From an uncultured virus (IMG/VR IMGVR_UViG_2061766007_003022) (taxonomy: Duplodnaviria; Heunggongvirae; Uroviricota; Caudoviricetes): a stretch of DNA of 63,895 nucleotides. A program made the position numbers and the translations under genes. The stretch lies in IMG/VR virus record IMGVR_UViG_2061766007_003022; one strand, given 5' to 3'. Position 1 is the stretch's first letter. Every line of letters starts with the position of its first letter. This document shows, in pieces, positions 49,729-61,600 of this stretch. The notes beneath the pieces are model-generated. The model was not told the origin of the DNA, ran no database searches, and saw nothing but the letters and a program-made list of their open reading frames with translations.

Positions 49729-52563
49729 CTACATCACCAGTTCAGGGAAGTTGATTCCGTTGGTCGCATTGAGTACTTCCACTGCGTGCTTGACTCCTTC
49801 CTCACTAAGGTCAGCGTTAGCACCGTTGAGTTCAACGTAGTCATCAGTCAGCGGTTCAGTCAGCTTGGCTATAGCATCGATAGTACGTATTGCCGTACCG
49901 TCGTCACCGGCAGCATACGATATCATCTCATACAGTGATTTACCCCTCGTATCGGGGTCATACCGGTCGATTGCAGTATCCAGGGTTACGCCAAGTTCAC
50001 CCCGGAACTCATCGGCTCCTCCGCTCAGCGGTGTCAGACCGTTCAGCGTACTGCTGTCGTACTCACCATACGCAGCATCAACAGCGCTACGTTCGCCACC
50101 CCCGCTCATCTCGCTGGCATAATGGATGAATCCCATGATGATAGGGACCACCTCGGTGGCATTGTTGTATCCCATGAGCACGGAACGCACCCACTCGAGC
50201 ACGTGGTTCGGCTTGCATGAAATCAACTGTGTGCCCCTGCCCTCTCCCGGAGGAACCAGCTTGGCAGGCTTTCCGTTTGGCCCAAGCTGCACATTCCAGT
50301 TAACTATCTTGTCCAGGTACCGATTGTACATGTCAACAAGATTGTCCGGCATCGTATCGGTAAAGGTAATGCCGTGGAGCTCCACCATGATGTACTGGAG
50401 AAGGTCCATCAGGTCCTGCGCATCGGTAAGGAAGTTGATACCCATGCTCGCGCTTTCCTTGATTGCATACCGGCGAACGACATTGAGCATGCATGCGGGC
50501 AGGTTTCCCTTCATTTTTTTCAGCAGGTCAGCAATAAGTCCGGTCATTCTTATTTCTGGCGTAAATGCTTCCCTTGCCTGTTCCCAGGTATCGTCAACGA
50601 ACAGGTTACGGTAGTTGTCTTCAATTTCAAGATGGATTTCACCGGCAATGGTATTGAGCCACCTAAAGAATGTCTCGACAATAGTGTAAACCGGTACATT
50701 GGAAAACAGTTCATGTATCTCAGGGTCATCATAATTGGCCAGTTCTACGCCAGCCGCCTGCTTCCATATACCCACTATCGGGCATTTTGCCCTGCTAATA
50801 TTCTCCATGCTGTCATAATGTACTTCCGGATGGATACCGTCTGCACTGGTAATAGTACTCTTGACACCGAGCTTACTGCCCAGAATCTTGGATACCGTAA
50901 CAAGGAACGCAGTCATTCGCTTCATGTTGACTACCGGCTGTTCATTGTCGACATCCGGCATCTCTATGTCCAGCTTCCTGAATAGGGTAGCTACCTTTCT
51001 CGATGAAAGAATCTGCTTAACCGCTGCATCGGCCATCTTGGTCTTTTCATCGCCACTGTCCATCATCGCATCGCTATATTCCTTACCGGCAGTAAGTATA
51101 TGCTCGGTAGACAATTTCTCGTCTTCCCCAGTCGTTGTACCCATTGCATCGGACGACATCAACGTAGAAGTAGTAACAAAGTACTTGAAAATATGCTTGT
51201 ATTCTCCATCCATGTTGAGCTGGTACAGGTAGCCCTCCTTGGCCGCCTTTATCAAGGACGGATTGGTCAGCACGGCAGTGGGCTTCGACGACGTCATTAT
51301 ATCATACCATTCCTTGCCCAGTTTTGGCATCGGGTTATGCCGCGAGTCAAATATCATTCCAGGCTGGCCAGGAATACAGAACCGTACGATAGTATGAAGC
51401 AGGTATTCGACTAGTTTCTTCGGTGCGGTAAGCTTGTTTCCATTATAAGTCGCATAGCATGATGAACTGAGGTTTGCCCGGACTTTCAAAGATGGTATCT
51501 TAGAGAAAAAGTCGAGCTTGGTAGAATACTGGTATTTCTCGGAGAACCGCTGTATACCGAGGAACATGACTTCGGCAGCCAGGTCATCCAGGTTATAGCC
51601 AGTAGCAAATACCGGGTCCTCGGCCAATGATGCCCGTATCGCCTCGTATATGGGAGTAGGCACCATGTAGAAAGATGCGGCTTCCTTTGGTGGATTATCC
51701 ATGGCGGATACCTGGGCATTGCTCAGGTCTTTCTCCCGGATAACCTTGGATGACCCGACCACTGCGGCATCAGTTCCAATAGTCTTGCCGTCATCCTTCA
51801 GGTAATTATACAGGTTTCCGTCAGCTTTGCAGTACGGAACACCGTTCGACGATGCCAGGCCCGCTACGTTGGCAGAAATCTTTACTGCCGTGGCGGCAGC
51901 CTTCTTATCGGAAATTATCGGGAAATCATCTTTCCCATACATGGTCGCAGGAATCTCAAGGAAGAATATGGTCGAGATTATGTCAGGGGGCACCACCCCA
52001 CGGCACGCATCCCCAAGAGTATAACCCTGCTTCTTTGCCGCGATGCCAAGCTTTTCCAACGCGTTCAGTACGGCTTCAGGAGAACGCTGGTCAGACTCTG
52101 CAACCCTTAACTCGTGTATTGCGGGGTCATCCTCACGCATGCCTTGCTCAGTGTATGCTTTGACTACGGTATCGGATATCCTAAAAATCCGGCTGTACAG
52201 TTCCCGCATTCCCGCATTCAGCTGGAGGTCACGTGTCTCGGCACGGGTACAGCCATCATTCTTCTTGGTAGGGGCCGGTTCTTCCTTCTTGCTTTTCCGG
52301 CCTTTCCTGGGCGAGGCTTTCTTGTTTGCCTTGCCAGGAGTCCCGTCCGCATCCACGTCTTCAATGGAAAAGTTGTTGTCCGCCTCATCGGCATTCCACA
52401 GTTTGGCACCAGCACCGTCGATTGCCCCGAGTGCGTCACCGGTGGTTTCGTCGTCATTATCCTCATCCTCGATAACAAAGAACTGGTCCTCGTCGTCAAA
52501 GTCGGAATTGTAGACGTTCATGCCCTCTAGCAGGCTCTTATGGAAGAAAAACCCAGGTGTCAT
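49729..52563 (-). CDS. large hypothetical late protein (944 aa)
   Basis: Long intact ORF; ATAAACT at 52597-52603. Confidence 0.85.
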   Translation of the reverse strand: MTPGFFFHKSLLEGMNVYNSDFDDEDQFFVIEDEDNDDETTGDALGAIDGAGAKLWNADEADNNFSIEDVDADGTPGKANKKASPRKGRKSKKEEPAPTKKNDGCTRAETRDLQLNAGMRELYSRIFRISDTVVKAYTEQGMREDDPAIHELRVAESDQRSPEAVLNALEKLGIAAKKQGYTLGDACRGVVPPDIISTIFFLEIPATMYGKDDFPIISDKKAAATAVKISANVAGLASSNGVPYCKADGNLYNYLKDDGKTIGTDAAVVGSSKVIREKDLSNAQVSAMDNPPKEAASFYMVPTPIYEAIRASLAEDPVFATGYNLDDLAAEVMFLGIQRFSEKYQYSTKLDFFSKIPSLKVRANLSSSCYATYNGNKLTAPKKLVEYLLHTIVRFCIPGQPGMIFDSRHNPMPKLGKEWYDIMTSSKPTAVLTNPSLIKAAKEGYLYQLNMDGEYKHIFKYFVTTSTLMSSDAMGTTTGEDEKLSTEHILTAGKEYSDAMMDSGDEKTKMADAAVKQILSSRKVATLFRKLDIEMPDVDNEQPVVNMKRMTAFLVTVSKILGSKLGVKSTITSADGIHPEVHYDSMENISRAKCPIVGIWKQAAGVELANYDDPEIHELFSNVPVYTIVETFFRWLNTIAGEIHLEIEDNYRNLFVDDTWEQAREAFTPEIRMTGLIADLLKKMKGNLPACMLNVVRRYAIKESASMGINFLTDAQDLMDLLQYIMVELHGITFTDTMPDNLVDMYNRYLDKIVNWNVQLGPNGKPAKLVPPGEGRGTQLISCKPNHVLEWVRSVLMGYNNATEVVPIIMGFIHYASEMSGGGERSAVDAAYGEYDSSTLNGLTPLSGGADEFRGELGVTLDTAIDRYDPDTRGKSLYEMISYAAGDDGTAIRTIDAIAKLTEPLTDDYVELNGANADLSEEGVKHAVEVLNATNGINFPELVM

Positions 52564-52606
52564 TACGGAAATCCTCGTCTTGTGCTGGATATCCGTAGTT
52601 TATATC

Positions 52607-53579
52607 CTAGGTGGAGTCCCTTTCCGCATCTATTTCAGCGTAATACTCCTCATAGTCGAAGTCCGGGACGTCGGTCTCCTCCTCGTCCTCGGCCATATCA
52701 TCGGCGGCAGCNNNNNNNNNNNNNNNNNNNNNNNNNNNNNNNNNNNNNNNNNNNNNNAGCCAGCTCGTCCTCGTCGATATACAGTACATCCTGCGGGATA
52801 TCCCCCTGTTCGACCATGTGCATGGCGCAGTCCACGAAATCCCGCTCGTTTGGAACCCATATGTCGAAAATGCACCCGTCGATGCTGGCAATGCTCCCGA
52901 CACACACGATATCCGGGTTTCCTCCGCATAGGATGACCTCTATTGGACCCCTGGCGCCTTCCTTCCAGTCCTCCACGTCGGGTTCCCCTCCCATGAAGTC
53001 CTTGTTGGGACGTATCATGGCCGATTCCGTCTCGTTGAAGGCATACACGTCGAACATGGTGCCTCCCGGTTTCTGAATCGTCCCGACATGCATGACCGAA
53101 TTCGGGTTGGACGCGATATACGGGTTAGCCACCGTAGCGTCTATGCCGGTATCATCACGGGGAATGTTCCTCTTGGTGAACTCCACGGCATACGAATACG
53201 CCTCCTCCGGCGTATTCACGTATCCTATGCTGTAAACATGGTCGTTGTTTGCGTTGTACATCGCCTCTATGAACCGGCAGCTCCTATGAGTCATCACTGC
53301 ATCGTCCTCGCCGCCACCCTCCACCACAATTGCCGGGTCGAGTATCAGAGGTACGCCCCCCAGCATGTACAGGTAGAACACCTCGGTCCTGATGGAACCG
53401 AGCATTCCGCTGATGGTATACACCGGTATCGGCCTCCCCTGGCACTCCGGTTCGTCGGACATCTGGTCGAGCTCGTCCTTGAGCGACTCCACTATGTCCG
53501 AGCCGTCGTAGTCGGAGGCTATCACGGCGAACGGTGCGTTTACGGACGACAGTCCGTTCATGTAGGCAACGGACGCCAT
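52607..53579 (-). CDS. very acidic hypothetical protein (gapped)
   Basis: Long ORF continuing after the gap to ...AEIDAERDST stop. Confidence 0.75.
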
Positions 53580-53582
53580 ACG

Positions 53583-53957
53583 CTATGCAAGCAGCTTGGA
53601 CAGGTTTTCCACGATTGCGGTGAACAGCGGGGAATCCTCGAAGTCCGGATTCTCCTTGTTGGCCTCGCGGAGCTTCTGCATCTCTTCCTTGTAGTCGGCC
53701 ACGCGGGTCTTGATAGCATCCATGATTGGTTCCGGGATGGTATCGACGTCGATGTCGAAGGTGCGTTCCGGGCAGTTGCACTGGATTTCACCGTCGACAT
53801 ACTTGATGCCGAGTTCCTTCTCCTCTTCCTCGCTGAAGCCGACGATGTCGGAGAACGCGTCGAAGTTGAAGTAGGTACCGAGGGTGCTCGGGAGGTTGTA
53901 TGCGTACTTGAGAATGTTGTTGCGGTCGGCGACCGTGAGCTTTACGATGTGAGCCAT
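53583..53957 (-). CDS. hypothetical protein
   Basis: SD GAGGA; strong codon bias; 124 aa. Confidence 0.8.
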   Translation of the reverse strand: MAHIVKLTVADRNNILKYAYNLPSTLGTYFNFDAFSDIVGFSEEEEKELGIKYVDGEIQCNCPERTFDIDVDTIPEPIMDAIKTRVADYKEEMQKLREANKENPDFEDSPLFTAIVENLSKLLA

Positions 53958-53984
53958 GTCTAATGTCCTCGTTTTGCCTTAAAA

Positions 53985-54977
53985 TTATGCTTTTTTAGTC
54001 GTCCTGGCTTCCCTCAGGAAAGAATATGCTCCTTCCAGCCACTTCCCGGGCTCCTCCGGGGCCAGCTCGACATTCACCATTGCCCTCAGGCCGGTACCGA
54101 ACAGGTCGTCGACCGGGTATCCGTAGGAGAAATCCAGCGTGTTCTTCGGTACGGTGACCACTAGGAGCCTCCCGTAGACGTCGAAGTCCAGCGTGATGCC
54201 GAGAATGAAGTCCTCCGGGTGTATCCGGCGGACGAAGCTGACGAACGGGAAGCCGTCGGGGGACATGAACGCCTCCATACCGCGCTCCTCGTCGCACAGC
54301 GGGTTGATGTTCACCAGGAGGTCGCCGTTCGGACCACCGCCGATACCCTCGTTGCCCTTCCCCTCCAGTTTCAGAAAGGAGGTACCCGGCGCAAGGTCCA
54401 CCGTCTGGCTGCATTCGCGGGTGAAAGCCTTCTCCCCGTGGCATACCGGGCACTCCCCGACCCCCTGGTAGCCCGTCCCGTTGCACTTGGGACATTCCTT
54501 CGACTTCTTCCTGAACACAATCTTGCCAGTGGCGCCGCACCTGGGACAGTTCACCGTCTTTTCGAAGCCCCTCCCGGAGCACTGCAGGCACTCCTTGGTC
54601 TTCTCGTACGTAATCTCGAACCCATTTTGACCGAAGATGAAGGTATCCATCGGCACGTTGACCGTAATCTCGATGTCGGAACCCCTCTCCCCGCACCGGT
54701 CGTCCGCCGGAGGCTTCCCGAAGTCCCCGGCCACGTTCGATTTCCCGAACACGCTCTCCATCCACTTGAACTTTACCGAGAACTCGCTCTCGTTGACGTA
54801 CTTCCGGCGAAGCTCCGGTGTCTTCACCAGCGCGTATGCCTCGTTCAGGCGGGCCATGTCGTCGGGATTCCCCCCGTGGTCCGGATGGTACTTCCTGGAC
54901 AGTTCCTTGTATGCCCTGTGTATTTCCTCGTCGGGGGCTGTGGAATCCACCCCTAGCACTGCATATGCGTCAATCAT
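53985..54977 (-). CDS. dnaJ: DnaJ/Hsp40 co-chaperone
   Basis: J-domain AYAVLGV...KYHPD...LNEAY; four CxxCxGxG-type repeats; C-terminal GKGNEG.GG.PNGDL. Confidence 0.9.
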   Translation of the reverse strand: MIDAYAVLGVDSTAPDEEIHRAYKELSRKYHPDHGGNPDDMARLNEAYALVKTPELRRKYVNESEFSVKFKWMESVFGKSNVAGDFGKPPADDRCGERGSDIEITVNVPMDTFIFGQNGFEITYEKTKECLQCSGRGFEKTVNCPRCGATGKIVFRKKSKECPKCNGTGYQGVGECPVCHGEKAFTRECSQTVDLAPGTSFLKLEGKGNEGIGGGPNGDLLVNINPLCDEERGMEAFMSPDGFPFVSFVRRIHPEDFILGITLDFDVYGRLLVVTVPKNTLDFSYGYPVDDLFGTGLRAMVNVELAPEEPGKWLEGAYSFLREARTTKKA

Positions 54978-55032
54978 GATTTCCTCTGTTCGTAAACTAC
55001 GATAAACTACCGGAAAATACCGGGAGAAACCC

Positions 55033-55626
55033 ATGACTGAGAAAGAATTCGTGCACCTTTGCGCCGGAGAGGCCCCGAAGAAATCCAAGGAAGAGAAGAT
55101 TCCTGCCGGGCTGAACGAATCCAAGGACAAGAACGGCAGCAAGGTGGGAAACGTCCCGGTGACCCACCCGGTGGACGGCGGCAAAAAGCACCCGAAAATC
55201 GGCTGCGCATGGGATGCGATGGGCCCANNNNNNNNNNNNNNNNGCCCGTTCGACGGCATCGCCGACGGTGAAGGAGCCCAGATTGGCGAGGGTGCGCCCG
55301 CACCCGCACCGGGAGGTGACGGCGGTGGAGCCGGGGGAGCAATGGGAGAATCCATCTCCCCGAAAGAATTCCGGGCAATCCTCGAGGGAATTGCGGAAAA
55401 GTACCCGGAATCGCAGGTAGTCGGCCAGATTAGGACCATGTTCGATGACCTGCAGAACGGCGGAACTGGCAAGATGTACTGCGGGGCCGACGGCTGCCAG
55501 GCGGAAGAACCGGACGATTCCATGGTAAGCGACCAGGATGCCGCCATCAGTGCCGCGGCTGCCACCGTGGAGGCCGCCCTCATGACTTTCCGGAAGGTAG
55601 CAGGCTACGACTACCGACTGAACTAA
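55033..55626 (+). CDS. hypothetical late protein
   Basis: ATAAACT at 55002-55008; GGAG SD. Confidence 0.75.
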   Translation: MTEKEFVHLCAGEAPKKSKEEKIPAGLNESKDKNGSKVGNVPVTHPVDGGKKHPKIGCAWDAMGPXXXXXXPFDGIADGEGAQIGEGAPAPAPGGDGGGAGGAMGESISPKEFRAILEGIAEKYPESQVVGQIRTMFDDLQNGGTGKMYCGADGCQAEEPDDSMVSDQDAAISAAAATVEAALMTFRKVAGYDYRLN

Positions 55627-55652
55627 CTGTTTAATTTCCTTATTCAATCAGA

Positions 55653-55674
55653 AGGGGCGCCGTTAGGCGCCCCT
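55653..55674. terminator. hairpin between convergent genes
   Basis: AGGGGCGCC-GTTA-GGCGCCCCT, a perfect 9-bp stem. Confidence 0.7.
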
Positions 55675-55683
55675 GTTAGTTAT

Positions 55684-58600
55684 CTATGCTTCATCTTCAT
55701 CGGGAGCTTCCTCGTCCTCCTGGGGAGGCACCGGATTCTCCGGGGGTTCTGCCGGGTTCTCCGGGGGTTCCGCGGGATTTTCCTCGGGAGGCTCGGGAGC
55801 TTCATCCGGGTTGATTGCCAAATCGTCATCGATTTGGTTAAACTCACCCTCATTGTTCACATCGAGCAGCTCGCGAAGTCTTGCGCCATTCATAGACACT
55901 ACTATGCCATTATCCGCTGTTACAGGATTGTTGGCATTCAGCCCATTGCGATATGCATAGGCTAGAGCATTGTCCATCTTGGCTAGTAAGCCATTGTTCA
56001 CGCTACGGAAGAGCTTCACAAGGTCATCCTTCAGAGCCGGGTCAGTAATCTTCTTGTTTCTACTGTAGTTACCAGCCACAGTATACTTCTCGAAGTCCTC
56101 GGCGAACTGTTCCCACTGGTTAGAAGTTGCAGTAATCTTCATGTTCTTTACCGCAGAAGATACCACATCATCGACGATGTTAAGCGGGATATCAAACCTT
56201 GCCCTAACTCTATCATTCGTCTTGACACCAGGTTTCTTACGAGTGACATACCACATCATCGAGTTAGGAATAGCATCGCTCGGCTTGAAGTAATTGTACT
56301 TAATCATGGTCCTAATGAAGAATTCCATTATCGCCTGTGACGTGAGACCATAATCCTTCTTCATGGAGATACAACGGCGGATGCATTCGTAGAAGTCAGG
56401 TGACATGAGCTGGTTGTCCGAAAGGTCATTGATGGATACGCCCGTAGACTTTTCCAGCATCTGGATAGCATCGCGTAGAATGGCGAAGCATTCACCGCGG
56501 CCATACGATACACCGTTAATCTCGTAGTCATCCATCATGTCAGAATCAGCTTCCCTGATTGGCGAATTTGGCTTCGTACAGAGCTTATTGAGAATGGTAT
56601 CCAGCCGAGCGTCGCTGATTTCCACTTTGCTCGCAACACCGCGGAAATTGGAGGCCGCATTCGCAGTCAGGACCACGCCATCACTGTACAGTTTCGACGC
56701 AGTTGCAAATGCAGTACCGATAGCCTGCTTGAGGGTATTGTCAATTTCCTCCAAGGTCTCATCGGATCCAAGCTGTTCAAGAAGAGTATCCAATTCTTCC
56801 GTCGTATTACTCGTCGACCACTTACAGTAAGTATTTACCACAGTAGATACTGCAGCATTTATGCCATTGTTGTCCCATTCTCCAGTACCCTTGGCCTCCG
56901 GGTCAGCATTCTTTCCAGTAGGAGCCTGCATTCCAATGCTCTTCTTGGCTATACCCATATCGTTGTCCAGCTTATTCAGAAGACGGATTCGGCTCATACC
57001 GGCATATTCCCGGTCAAACGGATGGTTACCCATTGCATTATCGGATGGCTTACCATTTTCGCCAGTTTCCCCATTCAAGGTTTCTGCGATACCTTCACAG
57101 GTGGACAGCACCAGGCTATGGACGTCGTCGATAATGCGGTCTGCTATTTCATTGAACCGTTCTATTGCGCCGGCACCACCAAGATTATCTATGGTGAAGT
57201 TTACGTCATCCAGGTAGTCAGCACCATCTTCCTTGGATACATTGCCCACCAAAACATCGTAGGTCTTCTTGTACATCTGCTGAACACCGCCAATGCCGCC
57301 AATCTTTTCGTAGGCCGGGATAGGAGGCAACGCATGCGTATCAACTCTTGCCTGCTGGAAGTCGCCAGCGCTGCTACGGTGAGCTGCACGGTAGTAGTTC
57401 CTGAACTCGGAAGAAGCCTCGTACGCCTGGATGACCATGCGAATAGCGGTATTCCGGAGACGCTGGATAGGCAGCGCAGCAGCCTTTACCGGATTACCCG
57501 GGGTCCTGAGCATCTTCAGATAATCGGTATATAGCTCCTCAGCAATTCCATTGGACTTTGCACCGAGGAGACTAGTTATCTTTTCCAGGCCAGCGTCATA
57601 GTCGATACCAGCATTATTGTCCTTGGCATGGATAACCATGTCAACCAGGGTACGTGCAATTTCCCTCTTATCGTCGGCCGGGTCGGCAAAGAATTCCTTA
57701 CTCAGGAAATCCTGTGCCAGCTTGATGTAGTCCCTGCCCACCATATTCGGGTTAAGACTATCCTTGGATGCAGCAACGCAGTCATCCAATAGCCTACCGG
57801 CATTGTTTCCGAGAAGCACATTCATGCTGGAATCAGGGATGGTCCTATCCGGGTGTTCAGGGTCAGGGCACTGCATGTTCAGAATCATGTCCCTACTATC
57901 CTCGTCAAGGTTTCCCTCTGCCTCACGAGCCAACGCCGTCGCCAGAGAGTAGACTATGCTTCCTTCGTACTTCCGTACGATTTCATCCATAGGTTCTTCA
58001 GTGACACCGCCATTTATTCGGCTCATCATGTCATTGTAGAACGTGTTGCTCTGCTTCCGGTTGATATACTCAACCGACGACCCGGTGACATTCGTCATTG
58101 CGGCAGTCAGGTAGTTCTCGTCAATACAGGCATACAAAACAGAGAATGGAACAAACGAATCACCATCTGCCTTAGTCTTGGAGGCATTCGTCAGCAAGTC
58201 TGTCCTAGTATCGGATATCACCTGTTCGTACACCGCAGCATTCACATCCTGCTTGTCACGCCGTAGGTTGGCGACAATCTCTCCGTTATCATACTTGTCG
58301 GCAATAATGCCAACACGTATATTCCTGGCAAGGTCATCTACGCTCGCAGGCTTACTATTTGTCACGCCTTCTACCGTATCAAGTTTCAGGTAGTCCCACA
58401 ATCCAGCTATATCGTTGAACCTGACACAGGAATCCAGTTCTTTTGCCGGCATGTTATCAACGCCACGCGCTGCGGAAATAGCCTTCCCATCTTTAGTAAA
58501 CAGCACAGGAACCAGACGGTCCATGTCCAGACGGTCATGGCCCCATTCATCCTTCTCCATGCGGATACCATTAACAAGGAATACAGGAACCTCCACCGGA

Positions 58601-61600
58601 ATCAGGTTAGGCGAGCAGAGTGCATCAACCATTCGTGACAGGGTCGGGTATTCAGTTCCACCAGACGCTTCGTCGGTCGTAATAGCCCATACCAGAGCCG
58701 CACCCAGAGCAGTCTTTGCCGCGCCAGTGTAGAGGTTACGGTAGGTCATAGAATCCTTCTTCTTGAGCTTGCCAAGCAAGTCCATGTATGGAATAATCGA
58801 CTCCTTGAATCCAGCCGTATTACCACGGCCCAGCAACTTGTAGAATTCGGAAAGCGACCTTACTAGACGGTCATCACCGTTATTTCCAGCACCTATCCGA
58901 GCATTAACCATCTGGTTGATGTTCTGGGCCTGCTTGGTCTGGGTCCTAGTCTTGCCGGACTTCTCAGGAGCTACCGGAGGCATAGCAGACAGCGTCGTGT
59001 ACAGACCTGCATTGCCAACCGGCATCTTACCGGATTCCTCAGGCCCATACTGTTCCATTCCACCGTACTTGCCCGGGATACTTTCCGGGAGGTTAAGCGA
59101 AGTCATGAACAGTATAATGTTGGCAAGAGCCGTACTGAACGTCCTCGCGGCAACCAGATTTGCTTCCGACGTACTACGGGTCATTTCAGGTGTAGCTTCC
59201 CTCACTCGGTTAACCGCATCACTGAACAGTCTTGCACAATTTACCGCTTCATCCTTCACGGCGTCATCGAGACACTCACTAGCGGCTCGGGTTAGACTAT
59301 TAGAAATGGTTTGTGCATCGTCAAGTACATCCCGTTCGTCGATGGACTGGGTGGAGGCCATGAACGGATAGAGCTTGTTGATGAAGTAGTATACAAACGC
59401 AGTCTCACGCAACATCCGTTCACGAATAGGAATATTCTTTCCGCGGACACCATCCAGAGCATTGGTGACATAATTATGAGCATCATCGAGTGCAAGGGAG
59501 ACCCGCTCAAATTCAATGGGACTTATCCCGGTTGTTATATTGAGATTGTCGCTTCCGCTCTTCATGCCATACTGGTCAGTCTTCACCATGCCAAGCATCG
59601 GGTAATTTGTCACCCCAGAGTAGTTATCCGCACCGTCGGTGTCAAATTCCTCAATCTTGTCCTTTACATTGTCATACATCGGATGGGCATCAATAGCATC
59701 CTTTTCGGTGATATCGTCTATGTTCATACCCGGAACTCCGGCAACATCATCGCCATACAAGCGAGTTCCGTCGGAATGTGCACGGGTAGAATTGAACTTA
59801 GGCTCTGCGGCACCGGTCTTGAACTTGGTCATAGCCGAGCCCATGTCAAGAGCGGCCGGAATTCCCTTATGTATATCGAAAATGGTCCTTGAAGTCAACT
59901 CGGGAACTTCACCGATGTACTTCTTGAGCATATCGATATATTCTGCCAAGGTATTCTTCACATCGTCATTCATCAGGTTCAGGATGATATCATACATCCT
60001 GTCGCCACGGTCACGGTAGAACTCCAGGTCACCAGTAATCAGGTGCTTGTAAGACTCGGAAAGTGCTTCCAATGCAATCACCGCACGCCTGTAGTAATAA
60101 TGTACCTCATCCTGGATACCATTGAGATTTTCAATATGCTTACTGATGAGATTCCTAGTCTCCGTCATCAGTTTACCCAATGTATTATGAATAGCCGGGT
60201 AGCGGTCCACATAGTTGATGCGGGTATTCTGCTCGGTAACGGTAACCGTATTGTCTGCACATTTCACTGTAAACGGCTTGTCGCCCACAAACACAGGATT
60301 GTTGGTTTCAGGGTCAGTATATGCAACCCTAGTAAGGGCATTTATCGCGGAGAATGCCCTAAGGAGCTTGGTCATCTCATCGGCGTTAGTATCCTCGCAA
60401 TACTCCATGATTTTCGACATCGCCAGGTAAGCCGCGTCATTACCGACATCGCCCGTGTACTCACGGTAAATCGTATCCACGAGGGTAGAAATGACATCGC
60501 TTGCTGCAGCCAGGGAGTTATCTCCCTTGTCGAGCATGGCAGAAATAGTGCAATGTTCATTGATTTCAGCCTTACTTTCCTGCGGGCAGATGTCAATTGC
60601 CGTATTCAGAATTTCCATCAGGGTGTTGAAGTCATCAGTCCGGTAATCGCTTTCCATGGCATTACTCAAGTCATTTACAGCCTTCATCGCAGGACCCGTA
60701 GTCACATGCAGCGCCTGAATGGCACTAGTGGCCTCACGCGGAGTAAACTTGGAACCAGCAGTGCCGGTATATGCCGCATCATCGCGGTAAATATCATTGG
60801 ACGCCTTGATGATATCATTCGGATAGCGTTCAATGTTTTCCGGGCCCTCGTCACTCATGAGGCTACAGAACTGCAAGCCAACCCATAACGAGTATTGTGC
60901 CGTACGGTCGTCGGAATCGGGGGCAATAACTAGCCTGCGCGGTTCCCAAGAATCCAGTTCACTTTCAGACACTACATCCGACCCAAGAGTTTTATCGCCA
61001 AATGACACTGAATATTTCTTGCCGGAATCCTCGAGGCTCCCGTTGTCTTCCGAAGTATGCTTTACCCGGCCCTTGGCGTACGCGATGATATCGTTACCGG
61101 CCGCCGTGACGGAGCCTTCTATACCACCAGTCTTCCTAAGACGGCCATTCTCGCTAGTATTGACCGGGTTATACGGCCTAACATTCTTGACAACGAGGTT
61201 ATCCGATGCATCCGGGATACTATAGTCTACGGAACCGACCTTGATGTTAAATATCAAACGACCAAGCTTGGTTCTGATATCCATAGCCATCTTTTCAGCA
61301 TCGACTTCATCTAGTTCTCCCTTAGTGTCGAACCTGGAAACCAAATAACGGAGGATTGGGTTATACACCTGGGCCCACTTATTCTTATCGGTCAGTATAT
61401 CAACCCATTTGTTTCTGGCTATAACAGCTTCAGCAGGTTCACGTGCAGCAATATTAGCAAAACATGTTGCAATCTCACCATTCAACCTATTGATGAACGC
61501 ATTATTCTTATCAACCTGCTGGATGTAATCAGGCTTTATATGTGCATTATAGCTCGTTCCGCCTTCACCATCCTGGTTTTCGTTCAGGTCATACCAGGAT

